Shown piece by piece: positions 1 through 8,457 of a DNA stretch of 44,885 nt. The first letter of the stretch is position 1. Each line of letters starts with the position of its first letter. The notes beneath the pieces were generated by a model, which saw only the letters and a program-made list of their open reading frames with translations, was not told the origin of the DNA and did no database searches. This DNA comes from Limisphaerales bacterium. GTDB lineage: Bacteria > Verrucomicrobiota > Verrucomicrobiia > Limisphaerales > UBA11358. The stretch spans positions 1 through 44,885 of the forward strand of contig JANYCI010000340.1 of the NCBI GenBank assembly GCA_025360325.1, read 5' to 3'. Position numbers and translations under genes: made by a program.

Positions 1-3000
1 AACGTGATGCCAGATGCCGTCGTTGATGGAAGTGGTGGAGACAATCGTCGTGTCGGGATTGCCCACGCCGAACGCGGCCTTTGCGCCGACGAGCGCGGTG
101 CCGAAGTCGTCGCCGGTGCCGGCCATTTCGCCATCGAGCAAGCCTTTGCCCGCCCACCATTGCGAACCGCCGCCGCTGTCAGTGGTCTTCACCCAAAACG
201 CCAGCGTGAAGTTGTTGCTGACAGAAAGCGGAATCTGGGTGTAGCCGCTCGTGCCATCGAAGCTGATCGCGCTGCTATCTACTTTGCCGGCAACGTAACT
301 GAACGTGCCGCCGTTCGTGCCGTGGTTGGCGAAGCCGCTGCTGTCTTGCGCGTTGTTTTCAAATTTATACCAGCCGACCAACAACCCCGGCACGGTCACG
401 GCAAATGTTTCGGTCACGGGCGCAATGCCGTTGTCCACCGTCACGGTAATCATCGCCGAACCAAATTGTCCGGCGAGCGGCGTCACGGTGACCGTGCGAT
501 TCGCGCCGCTGCCGCCGAAGACGATGTTCGCGTTGGGCACAAAATTGGTATTGGACGAGGTGCCGGTCACGACGAGCGAACCCGGCGCGACGCTGGCATC
601 GCCAACGGTGAACGCAATCGGCCCGGTGGACGTGTTGATGGGAATGATGACATCGGCAATCGCGGAAACCGTCGGCGGCACCAGCGTGTTGATCCATTGC
701 GCGAGCACGGCAATGTAGTTTGTATCAATCGTGTTCTTGGCGAGCGGCGGCATTTGCAGCGGCGTGCCAACGTTGTTGTCGCGCAAGTAGAGCAGCGAGT
801 GCGCGAGGTCGCCGGGCGCGACGACGAGCGCGTTGGAAATTCCCTGCGTGTTTTGCACCGGGCCGGAGATGATGCCCTGGCTGGCGAGCGGCGTGTCAAA
901 ACGCGCATCAAAATTCGCCTGCACGCCGCCGCCGGGACGATGACAGTGCGCGCAGTTTGCATCGAGATAGGAACGAACGCGCGTCGCAAGCGTGGCGTTG
1001 GTGTCGCTGATGGGAACGGTTTTCAAGTAAGTGGGAATCGCGACTTCATTGATTGGCGCGCTGAAAAGGCCGTATTGATTCCAAATGCGAAGCTGGTTGT
1101 CATTCGTGCCGAGCGCGGGATAGGAATAATTCCCGTTAAGTTGTCGCGTCTTCACGCCGAGCACGCCGCCGGCAGCAATCGTGTGGCACGTCAGACAATC
1201 CGACCGGCCCGGATATGACCACAACTGCGTGCGCGTGCCGGTGGCGGTGGTGATGGTGATGTTCTCGTTAGTAAGCGTCGGCACGAGGTCAGCATCGCTG
1301 TTGTCGGCGCGCCATTTGTATCCCGCTCCGTAAGCGAGCCCGTTTGTGCCGATGACGAGCAGGCGCGTTTCGAGGCGCTTGAGCTGGCTGGGATTCGTGT
1401 CGTTCGTTGCGAGCGCAAAATGTTTCACAAACACGATGCCGTTGGGAAATGACCATTCGCCATTGGTCGCGAACGTGACGGCGGCGTTCGTGGCCAGCGC
1501 CATCCAGCGGGTTTTCACTGCGGCATCCGACCACAGCGGCGAATTCACCGTGTAAGGAATCAAACCAGAATCGGGCGCGAGTGTCGCGAGGTTGGTGAAC
1601 ACGCCGGTTTGCGACAATAATGCGGGCAATGGCCGGCTCGCCGTCGGCTCGCCGTGCGCGAGCTTGTAAATTTGTCCGCCGACGCTGCTCATCTGACACA
1701 TATAAATTTCGCCGTTTGCATCGAGGCCGAACGAGGAAAGGCCGACATAACTGGAACCGGAGTTTGGTCCGGCACCAGCGGGGATCGTGCCGATTTGCAG
1801 CTTGGTCGCGGGCGTGGTGGATTCGTCCATCACCCAAATTTTCCGCGCCACGTTGTCGCCGAAAATATATTTCCCCCCGAGTTCCGCCGCGAACTCGCTG
1901 CCGCGATAGACATGGCCGCCGATGACGGCATTGCCTTCACTGTGCGTGTAATCAAGAACCGGACGACGATTAATACCGATGTAAGGCGGCGTCAAGTCAC
2001 CACCCAAACCTTCAATGGTGCTCCACTGAAAATTCAAACCGGACTCGCCCGGCAGCATCACATCAATCTCCTCGCGCGAACCTGCGCCGACGTCGCCGAG
2101 ATAAATTTTTCCCGTCGGTGGATCAATCGTCATGCGGTGCGGACTGCGCAGACCGAGGCAGAAAAATTCTTCCATCGCATTCGCCACGCCAACAAACGGA
2201 TTGTCGTTCGGGATGAAATAATTGGTCGTCGTGCCGAGCTTGGGCTGGCGCGGAATGGCATGACTAATTGCACCACCGCGTTTGTCCACATCAATGCGGA
2301 ACACGCCGGATAAAAGGTTGTTGGTGATCGTCTGCGTCGGGTAACGCTCATCGTCGCCGTCGGTCCAATAAAGAAATCCGTTTGTAGGGTGAAAGAAAAG
2401 TCCGCTGCCGTTGTGCCAGACGCTGTCAGCGGACTGATCCACCAGCACCAGTTCGGAAGCGAGCGACGAGAGGCCGTTCGTCATCGTGAAGCGCGACAAA
2501 CGGTCGTGGTATTTGCCGGGCGAGTATTCTGTCGGACGCGTGGTCGGACTGCCAACCACGGTGCCGTTCGTGACCCAAGTGTAATAGACATACATGAAGC
2601 CGTTCGTCACGAAGCCCGGATGAAAGACTACGTTCATCAGTCCCGAGTCATCCCAGCCCTGGCACTGTCCGCTGATGTCGAGCACGAGCTTCTTGGTTGA
2701 GGTATTGGAGTTGTTCACGAACGTCCACACACGGCCTTCGCGTTCAAACACGCAGAGCAAGTTTGTTCCGGGCACGGGCAGAAGCCCAAGCGCATTGGTG
2801 AACAACAAATTTGCAAATGCGGGAACGACGGCCCAGTTCGCACTCGTCGTCGGTGCGGTCTCCGGCATGATGTTGTTTAGAAACGCGGCCATCGGTGGAC
2901 GCGAATTCGTTCCGGGTGGTGGCAAAGAACCATCCGTCAGATGCACGAGAAAAGTCGCGTCGAAGTTGGTGGTCGCGCCGAAAGTGATCGCGCCGCTGCC

Positions 3001-3576
3001 CGTGGGAAACAAACCGATTTGACCGCCGGAATAGGAATTGCCCGAAGCATTCGCCACCTGCATATAGCCGCTGCCCGAAGTGCCGGCTGCATTTCGCGCA
3101 CGGATGCTGTAAGCGTAAGCTGCGTTCGGCGAGAGCTGGTTATTCAAGCCCGTCCACGCCGTCCAATTCCCCGGACTCATGGCCGGCGCGGAGTTGACGT
3201 TCTCATAGGTGCTGATCAACGTCGCGTTGCTGCCCGACACGGAATAAATCAGCAGCGTATAAGGATTGCCGCTCGGGTGAGTGCCTTCGATGTTGCCCCA
3301 CTTGATATACAGCGAGGTGAGCAGATAGCCGTTGGGGTTCGCTCCCGTGGTGAACGTCTGGCCGGGCGGAAGGCCATTGTCCGTGTAGTAATTCAAGCCC
3401 GTGGCTTGCACGCCGGTGGGCGGAAACTTGGTGTTGCCATTGGTGCCAAGTTGGGCAATGTCGTAACCCGTCGGCACGGGGGCATTAGTCCCCAGATTGA
3501 GAATCGTTTGCGCCAAGACTGGCGGCGCAACGCACAGGACGGCGGCGAGCAAAATGAACTGGCGCAGAATGGTCAT
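1..3576 (-). CDS. Secreted multidomain protein: glucose/sorbosone (PQQ-type) dehydrogenase beta-propeller + diheme c-type cytochrome + Ig/cadherin-like + LamG domain; 3' end runs off the window
   Basis: Absent from the ORF track (no stop in window). Hand translation from ATG 3576: signal peptide MTILRQFILLAAVLCVAPPVLA-Q; GSDH-type motifs (HNGSGLFFHP, YFIPNDNPF, GLRSPHRMTID, LGDVG); CLTCH (~1183-1197) and CAHCH (~940-954); ends in LamG-like LVGWYKFE...FWVKT...NDGIWHHV. Confidence 0.85.
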   Translation of the reverse strand, partial: MTILRQFILLAAVLCVAPPVLAQTILNLGTNAPVPTGYDIAQLGTNGNTKFPPTGVQATGLNYYTDNGLPPGQTFTTGANPNGYLLTSLYIKWGNIEGTHPSGNPYTLLIYSVSGSNATLISTYENVNSAPAMSPGNWTAWTGLNNQLSPNAAYAYSIRARNAAGTSGSGYMQVANASGNSYSGGQIGLFPTGSGAITFGATTNFDATFLVHLTDGSLPPPGTNSRPPMAAFLNNIMPETAPTTSANWAVVPAFANLLFTNALGLLPVPGTNLLCVFEREGRVWTFVNNSNTSTKKLVLDISGQCQGWDDSGLMNVVFHPGFVTNGFMYVYYTWVTNGTVVGSPTTRPTEYSPGKYHDRLSRFTMTNGLSSLASELVLVDQSADSVWHNGSGLFFHPTNGFLYWTDGDDERYPTQTITNNLLSGVFRIDVDKRGGAISHAIPRQPKLGTTTNYFIPNDNPFVGVANAMEEFFCLGLRSPHRMTIDPPTGKIYLGDVGAGSREEIDVMLPGESGLNFQWSTIEGLGGDLTPPYIGINRRPVLDYTHSEGNAVIGGHVYRGSEFAAELGGKYIFGDNVARKIWVMDESTTPATKLQIGTIPAGAGPNSGSSYVGLSSFGLDANGEIYMCQMSSVGGQIYKLAHGEPTASRPLPALLSQTGVFTNLATLAPDSGLIPYTVNSPLWSDAAVKTRWMALATNAAVTFATNGEWSFPNGIVFVKHFALATNDTNPSQLKRLETRLLVIGTNGLAYGAGYKWRADNSDADLVPTLTNENITITTATGTRTQLWSYPGRSDCLTCHTIAAGGVLGVKTRQLNGNYSYPALGTNDNQLRIWNQYGLFSAPINEVAIPTYLKTVPISDTNATLATRVRSYLDANCAHCHRPGGGVQANFDARFDTPLASQGIISGPVQNTQGISNALVVAPGDLAHSLLYLRDNNVGTPLQMPPLAKNTIDTNYIAVLAQWINTLVPPTVSAIADVIIPINTSTGPIAFTVGDASVAPGSLVVTGTSSNTNFVPNANIVFGGSGANRTVTVTPLAGQFGSAMITVTVDNGIAPVTETFAVTVPGLLVGWYKFENNAQDSSGFANHGTNGGTFSYVAGKVDSSAISFDGTSGYTQIPLSVSNNFTLAFWVKTTDSGGGSQWWAGKGLLDGEMAGTGDDFGTALVGAKAAFGVGNPDTTIVSTTSINDGIWHHV

Positions 3577-3631
3577 GGGTGGTAACTGTTGCACAGTTGG
3601 AAACGATGCGCCATGGATTCAAGTTGCAAAT

Positions 3632-4810
3632 TTATTGCAGCCGGGAAACGACACTGTTGGTTGGCGCCACCGAGGCCTGGCTGGTTGCGGGCGACGCGTT
3701 CAATGTCCAGTGCTCACGCCATTTCAAAATCGGCTTGCCCACTTCGGAAAATTCCAGTGGCAGCCAGACATAGCGCGAGTCAGGCAAGCTCCATTGGTTC
3801 CACCGGTCGGCCATGAAAATAAATGTGTCGGCCCGGCCTGCCACCGGCAGCACAAACGTGCTTTGTGAACCAAATGTTTTATCTGCATCTGTGCCAACGC
3901 AGGGGTTGCCCAGTTCCGTCCACGGGCCAAAAATGTTGTCCGCCACGGCGGAGCGCGCGGCATTAGGTGCCCACGCGGTGCAGCCGGACGCGATCAAATA
4001 ATACTTGCCGGCATGCTTGAACACCGTTGGTGCTTCCATGCTGCGGCCAATGAATATGCGGGCATACTTGCTCGCCGGTCGCAAATAGTCGTCCGTCAGC
4101 AGCGAGATGTGCATCACGGGATTTTCTTCGGAGGAATAAAATTGATACGCCTTGCCGTCGTCATCTACAAAGACCGTCATGTCGCGCGCCATCTGGCCGC
4201 CCACGAAATCGCGGGCCAGCACATTTGTCTCACTGGGTTGTTTGTCAGCCTCGGCAATGTTATCCGGCCAGACACCCGCATTCGGGCGAAAGCTTTCGAG
4301 ATACTTAAACGGCCCTGTTGGTTTGTCACTTACAGCCACGCCTGAACGTGCCGCTGCATAACTGGCGCTGTCTATGTGCATCCACATGACAAACTGTTTT
4401 GTGCTTTTATTATAGATCACTTTAGGCCGTTCCAGAGCCTTGCTAGGATGCAAGTCACTATTGGTATTGTCAGTGACAGCAGATAAAGCCAATCCTTCAT
4501 TCTTCCAGTCGTAAAGATTGGTAGAGGAATAGCAGGATACGCCCGTCACATCCACGCGTGTGCCGCCCCAAGACTTGTTGCAATCCGGCAAGTAAGTCTT
4601 ACCCGCCTTGAACTCGCCATACCAGTAATAGACACCGTCGTGAAACAATACCCCGCCGCCATGGGCGTTGATCGGCTTGCCAGCGGTATCATTCCAAGTC
4701 TCGCCCGGAGCGAATTGTGGCTCCAGCGCCAGCGCACCGACACGGCTGCTCAAAACCAAAACTGCGCCCAATAGTAGTTGGCGGGCAAATAATCTAATAA
4801 CTAGCTTCAT
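3632..4810 (-). CDS. Secreted glycoside hydrolase family 43 (subfamily 24-like, exo-beta-1,3-galactanase-like)
   Basis: INAHGGG...YYWYGE, LERPKVIYN, ARDMTVFVDDDG, MEAP, SQSTFV, FMADRW motifs. Start moved to ATG 4810 (MKLVIRLF..., signal peptide) because the track's extension runs through a terminator. Confidence 0.85.
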   Translation of the reverse strand: MKLVIRLFARQLLLGAVLVLSSRVGALALEPQFAPGETWNDTAGKPINAHGGGVLFHDGVYYWYGEFKAGKTYLPDCNKSWGGTRVDVTGVSCYSSTNLYDWKNEGLALSAVTDNTNSDLHPSKALERPKVIYNKSTKQFVMWMHIDSASYAAARSGVAVSDKPTGPFKYLESFRPNAGVWPDNIAEADKQPSETNVLARDFVGGQMARDMTVFVDDDGKAYQFYSSEENPVMHISLLTDDYLRPASKYARIFIGRSMEAPTVFKHAGKYYLIASGCTAWAPNAARSAVADNIFGPWTELGNPCVGTDADKTFGSQSTFVLPVAGRADTFIFMADRWNQWSLPDSRYVWLPLEFSEVGKPILKWREHWTLNASPATSQASVAPTNSVVSRLQ

Positions 4811-4875
4811 AATAATTCTATTGCGTTGCGGTAGGACGACCGGATGTTGCCACGCGACGGGTATCAATTCACTAG

Positions 4876-4917
4876 AAAAAATTTGCGGGGTGTCGGAACC
4901 CAAGCCGACACCCCGCA
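4876..4917 (-). terminator. Rho-independent terminator
   Basis: 13-bp perfect stem tgcggggtgtcgg (4884-4896) / ccgacaccccgca (4905-4917), followed on the minus strand by AATTTTTT; lies just downstream of the ORF ending at 4950. Confidence 0.75.
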
Positions 4918-4949
4918 CTCACTACGAGTCTCCTAACTCGCCAAGTTAC

Positions 4950-5270
4950 TCACGGAAACAAAGTGCGATAGAACACGGCACCGTTCGCCGGATCAATCGT
5001 GTTGGTGTAGCAACTGTTGGCCGATGTGCCGGGCACGTTCACCCAGTTCGTGCTCAAGCCGACCGCGAGCGAGTTGGTCTGCCCCTGCAAATGCCAGCCG
5101 GTGTGGTCGCCCGGCCAGCAGATGATTTCATTCAGGCCGTTCACGCTAACGACCATGTTCGTCGGGTGGGTGTTGACGCTGCCCAACGGGATGAGGGTCA
5201 GGACGACATTATCCACTTCAGGATAATTGGAGCCGCTGGGAACATCTATTGTCAGCCTGTTGCAATTCAC
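4950..5270 (-). pseudogene. Orphan C-terminal fragment of a verrucomicrobial secreted protein (C-terminal domain only)
   Basis: WPGDHTGWHLQGQTNSLAVGLSTNW...GAVFYRTLFP resembles the C-terminal domain of verrucomicrobial secreted proteins. No signal peptide, GTG start, no catalytic domain. Confidence 0.55.
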
Positions 5271-5300
5271 ACCGAAAGTTCCTTTTGGCCATCGCCACCG

Positions 5301-5834
5301 TCATTGTTTCAGCACCGTCCAGATACCGTCGCGTTTTTCCAAATTAAACGCGTCAAATCCTTTCACCGCCTCCCCGCCATTCCAGCGGCCAATAGCTTGC
5401 ACTTGATTGTTTTCTGGCTCCAGAATTTCGACGCTCAAGACGAGCGCGGGCAGTTGCATATCGAGGTCCAACGGCGATTGCGTGCCGCGCATTTCCAGAT
5501 GCCACAGTTGTTTGATCGGCGGTTGGTGGTTAGGAAATTTTTCCATCAAGGCGGTGGTGGCCGCCTGACTCGCGTGTAAAAAAACGGCGGAATAAATTCC
5601 ATCATCGCTCAAATGTCGTTGCAATAAATTTTCAAAAATCGCCGTCTCAATTTGCACGATTTCGGCCTTCCCCAATTTGCTGCCGCCAAGCGGCAATGGA
5701 TCTGGCGGCGCGGGAGCCAGCAACGCCTCACTCGGAAAAATAATTTTTTCGGAATAATTAACGCAGCCACCACCCGCACTCACGAGCAGGCAAAACCAAA
5801 CATAATTGAAAATTTTCTTCACGCGTGCTTTCAC
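5301..5834 (-). CDS. Hypothetical protein, possible lipoprotein
   Basis: Basic N-terminus, hydrophobic stretch and SAGGG-C (lipobox-like); start overlaps the exbD stop by 4 nt. Confidence 0.6.
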   Translation of the reverse strand: MKARVKKIFNYVWFCLLVSAGGGCVNYSEKIIFPSEALLAPAPPDPLPLGGSKLGKAEIVQIETAIFENLLQRHLSDDGIYSAVFLHASQAATTALMEKFPNHQPPIKQLWHLEMRGTQSPLDLDMQLPALVLSVEILEPENNQVQAIGRWNGGEAVKGFDAFNLEKRDGIWTVLKQ

Positions 5835-6235
5835 TCTGTTGCCATGCCCATTTTGGTGATTTCGAGTTGGCGCAGCGTATCGAGCACGCCGACCATGACT
5901 TGATAATCCGTGTCGTCCGCGCCTTTCACCACCACGCCCATTTCAGAATCAGCGGCTTTGAGCGCGGCGAGTTTTTCTTTTAGTTCCGGCGCGGTGACAG
6001 GTTGATGATCCAGCGTGATTTGCCCCAGCCCGTTCACTTCGATACGCGTCGGGTCCGTCTTGGGTTTATCTTTCGGCGCTTTGCCCGATGGCAAATTGAT
6101 TTCCAAATTATTCATCATCTGCGGCGTGGTGATGATGAAGATCACCAGCAACACAAACACGAGATCGAGCAACGGTGTGATGTTCAACTCCGTCATCGTG
6201 CCGTGGCCGCGCTTGGTGGTTTTCTTGAGGCTCAT
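5831..6235 (-). CDS. exbD: Biopolymer transport protein ExbD/TolR (copy 2)
   Basis: ELNITPLLDLVFVLLVIFII with the conserved TM Asp; VVVKGADDTDYQVMVGVLD. Confidence 0.92.
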   Translation of the reverse strand: MSLKKTTKRGHGTMTELNITPLLDLVFVLLVIFIITTPQMMNNLEINLPSGKAPKDKPKTDPTRIEVNGLGQITLDHQPVTAPELKEKLAALKAADSEMGVVVKGADDTDYQVMVGVLDTLRQLEITKMGMATE

Positions 6236-6891
6236 TGTAAAACTGGCTCCGTCTCTTCCTGCACGTCGAAACGCACAGTGACGTGATCGGGAAAATTTGT
6301 CGGCGGTCGGCGATCAATGCTCGTGACGATTTTGAAAACTTCTTTCACCGTCTGATCCCACTTGGAATCGCCGCTACCTTTTTGCCATTCGACATGGCTC
6401 AAGCCGCCTTGCTTATCCACGTTCACCTGCACCTCGGCGGCGAAAGCATCATCCGCCATATTTTCCGGTCGCTGCCATTTCGAGCGCAGCACATACTCGA
6501 TATAGCCTTTGTAAAGCTGCACCGGATCGTTCTCGGACAAAACGGTTTTGCCGCCCGCAAAATCAAAGCTCGGCACGTCCACGGCAGCGGGCGCGACCAC
6601 TGGCGGCGCAACCGTGGGTGCAACTTTCGGCGCTTCAATTTTCGGCGGCTCCACTTTTGGCGGAGTTGCTTTTGGTGGTTCAACCTTCGGCGGTTCCTTG
6701 GGTTTTTCCGGCTCCGGCCTTTTTTCAACCACTTTTGTCACCGTGATCGTTTGAATTTTTTTGCCGAGATAGCCTTCGCGCGCTGCAAAATAAACTAGTG
6801 CCACGATGATGACGCCATGCACCACCGCTGAAATAGTCAGGTTGGTTTTCGACGAATTCTTCGGTGCTCTCGGTTTGGATTGCGGAATCAT
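6232..6891 (-). CDS. tonB: TonB/TolA-family energy transducer
   Basis: TM helix with S-xxx-H (ISAVVHG), Pro/Lys/Glu-rich linker, C-terminal domain (W..P...GSGDSKWD). ATG 6891 overlaps the upstream exbD stop (ATGA). Confidence 0.8.
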   Translation of the reverse strand: MIPQSKPRAPKNSSKTNLTISAVVHGVIIVALVYFAAREGYLGKKIQTITVTKVVEKRPEPEKPKEPPKVEPPKATPPKVEPPKIEAPKVAPTVAPPVVAPAAVDVPSFDFAGGKTVLSENDPVQLYKGYIEYVLRSKWQRPENMADDAFAAEVQVNVDKQGGLSHVEWQKGSGDSKWDQTVKEVFKIVTSIDRRPPTNFPDHVTVRFDVQEETEPVLQ

Positions 6892-7295
6892 TTCGGCACT
6901 TCCGTTGCGAGTTCGAGTTTTGGCACGTTCGCCTGCTGGCACAAATCCAGCACGGCGCGGATGCCTTTGTATTTCGTTTTGCCATCGCCGCGCACGATGA
7001 TGTTCAAGTCAGGATCATCCGTCCGCATACTGATGAGCTTGGCGAGCAAATCGTCCATTTTTATTTCCTCGCGGTTCAAAAAAAGTTTTCCATCCGCCTG
7101 TAACGAAACGTAATTTGCCTTGCGCGGCGGGTCTTTCAGGCTCTTGCTCGCGACGGGCAATTTCAAATCCTTGTCCTCCACCGGCGGAATAGTGGTGATG
7201 ATAAAAATCACCAGCAACACGAACGCCAAGTCCAGCAGCGGCGTGATGTTCAATTCCGTCAGCGACTCGTGCGCGCTGTGCGAACATTTTTTCAT
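6888..7295 (-). CDS. exbD: Biopolymer transport protein ExbD/TolR (copy 1)
   Basis: ELNITPLLDLAFVLLVIFII; IIVRGDGKTKY. Confidence 0.92.
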   Translation of the reverse strand: MKKCSHSAHESLTELNITPLLDLAFVLLVIFIITTIPPVEDKDLKLPVASKSLKDPPRKANYVSLQADGKLFLNREEIKMDDLLAKLISMRTDDPDLNIIVRGDGKTKYKGIRAVLDLCQQANVPKLELATEVPK

Positions 7296-7304
7296 TTTAA
7301 TTCA

Positions 7305-7334
7305 GCCACCGATGGCCACCGATGAAACCCAGAT
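7305..7334. repeat. Short decamer tandem repeat between exbB and exbD
   Basis: gccaccgatg gccaccgatg aaacccagat: two identical units plus one degenerate unit. Confidence 0.45.
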
Positions 7335-7339
7335 ATTTT

Positions 7340-8173
7340 TCATTGGCCGACCGTTTCCTCCGCCGCCACGCGCCGCAAGGCATTGGTGAACTTGTCCTCG
7401 ATGTCGCGGTTGTCCACATAGGCGTGCTCCACCTGATTCGCAAAACGCGATGCAAAACCATCCAACTCCTGCGTCAGTTGGCGGATGGTCGTCACCATGA
7501 AGTTGTAAGCGAACATCGCCGGAATCGCGACCATCAGGCCGACGACCGTTGCGATAAGGGCACCCGCCACGCCGGGCGCCATCGTGGTGAGGCTCGCCTG
7601 ATTGGCTTTGGCAATGCCCGCGAACGTTTCCATCACGCCCCACACCGTGCCGAGCAAGCCGATGAACGGGCCGCCCGCGACCGCCGTGGACAACACGATC
7701 ATACCTTTTTCCAGCGACATCGCCTGCGCGCCAGCGGATTCTTCCAAAACCACTTTCACCGCCTCGAACGAAGCCGTGCTGACCTTCGTGGTCGTCTGCT
7801 GCGCCAGCCGGTCCGTGTCACCCGTGCCGGAGCTGTGATTCGCCAGTGTTCTCACCGACACCGGATTATTTTTCAAGTGATAGTTCACTTCATCCGCACC
7901 GCGCACATACAGTTGATAAGCGGGCGCGCCGTTGAACTCCGTGCCTTTTTTGTGGATGCCCATCGGGTCGCGCGTCTGCGCGTAAGCATCGTAAAATTTT
8001 TTTGACGCCCGTCGCGCGATCCACAACTGGCGAAATTTTGTGATGATGATCGTCCAACTGAACATCGAGAGGATGAACAGCACGCCGATCGTGAGCTTGC
8101 CTTCCGGCGTGGCTTTTTCAAACGCGAACTGCAACGCGTTCGCGGCGAACATGGGATGAAGAATTGTGGTCAT
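7340..8173 (-). CDS. exbB: MotA/TolQ/ExbB proton channel protein
   Basis: LFILSMFSWTII; GPFIGLLGTVWGVMETF; APGVAGALIATVVGLMVAIPA. Confidence 0.93.
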   Translation of the reverse strand: MTTILHPMFAANALQFAFEKATPEGKLTIGVLFILSMFSWTIIITKFRQLWIARRASKKFYDAYAQTRDPMGIHKKGTEFNGAPAYQLYVRGADEVNYHLKNNPVSVRTLANHSSGTGDTDRLAQQTTTKVSTASFEAVKVVLEESAGAQAMSLEKGMIVLSTAVAGGPFIGLLGTVWGVMETFAGIAKANQASLTTMAPGVAGALIATVVGLMVAIPAMFAYNFMVTTIRQLTQELDGFASRFANQVEHAYVDNRDIEDKFTNALRRVAAEETVGQ

Positions 8174-8247
8174 AAATTTGTTTTGTTTCTGTTGTCTTTA
8201 GGCATTGTTTTTTGGAACTGGTGGTCACCGCTCGAGGTTTGAGCACA

Positions 8248-8408
8248 TTCTCCCTCACCCTCAATCCCTCTCCCGCTGCGAGAGGGAAGCAGCCAGCGGC
8301 GCTCGCGGAAATTCGGCTGCACGTCGCGCCAACCCAGCCGCAGGTTTTCGCGAGCGGCGGCGAACGATCCTCCCTCTCCCAGCGGGAGAGGGCCGGGGTG
8401 AGAGAGAA
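8248..8408. repeat. Inverted-pair palindromic element (CCCTCACCC..CCCTCTCCC..GAGAGGG family)
   Basis: 8248-8287 ttctccctcaccctcaatccctctcccgctgcgagaggga is the near reverse complement of 8371-8408; inner IR cgctcgcggaaa / ttttcgcgagcg. Confidence 0.8.
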
Positions 8409-8457
8409 CGGCCACGGTCATGCTTGCCAACTCAAATCTGTTCAGAGGTTTCATCGT

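Noticed and set aside
4-1218. Long plus-strand ORFs (e.g. 4-1218, 10105-11286, 15865-17022, 27940-29295, 32009-33565, 35714-37099, 39853-41697)
   Set aside because: Antisense shadows of well-supported minus-strand genes in GC-rich DNA; Arg/Ala-rich with no recognisable motifs.
4811-4918. Track N-terminal extensions (GH43 to 4918, TonB to 6942, TpsA to 12660, HAF protein from 21125, prepilin to 44669)
   Set aside because: They overlap terminators or upstream genes, or precede clear signal or leader peptides; downstream starts fit better.
5301-5303. Selenocysteine codon at the in-frame TGA
   Set aside because: No convincing SECIS-like hairpin immediately downstream and no redox-motif context.
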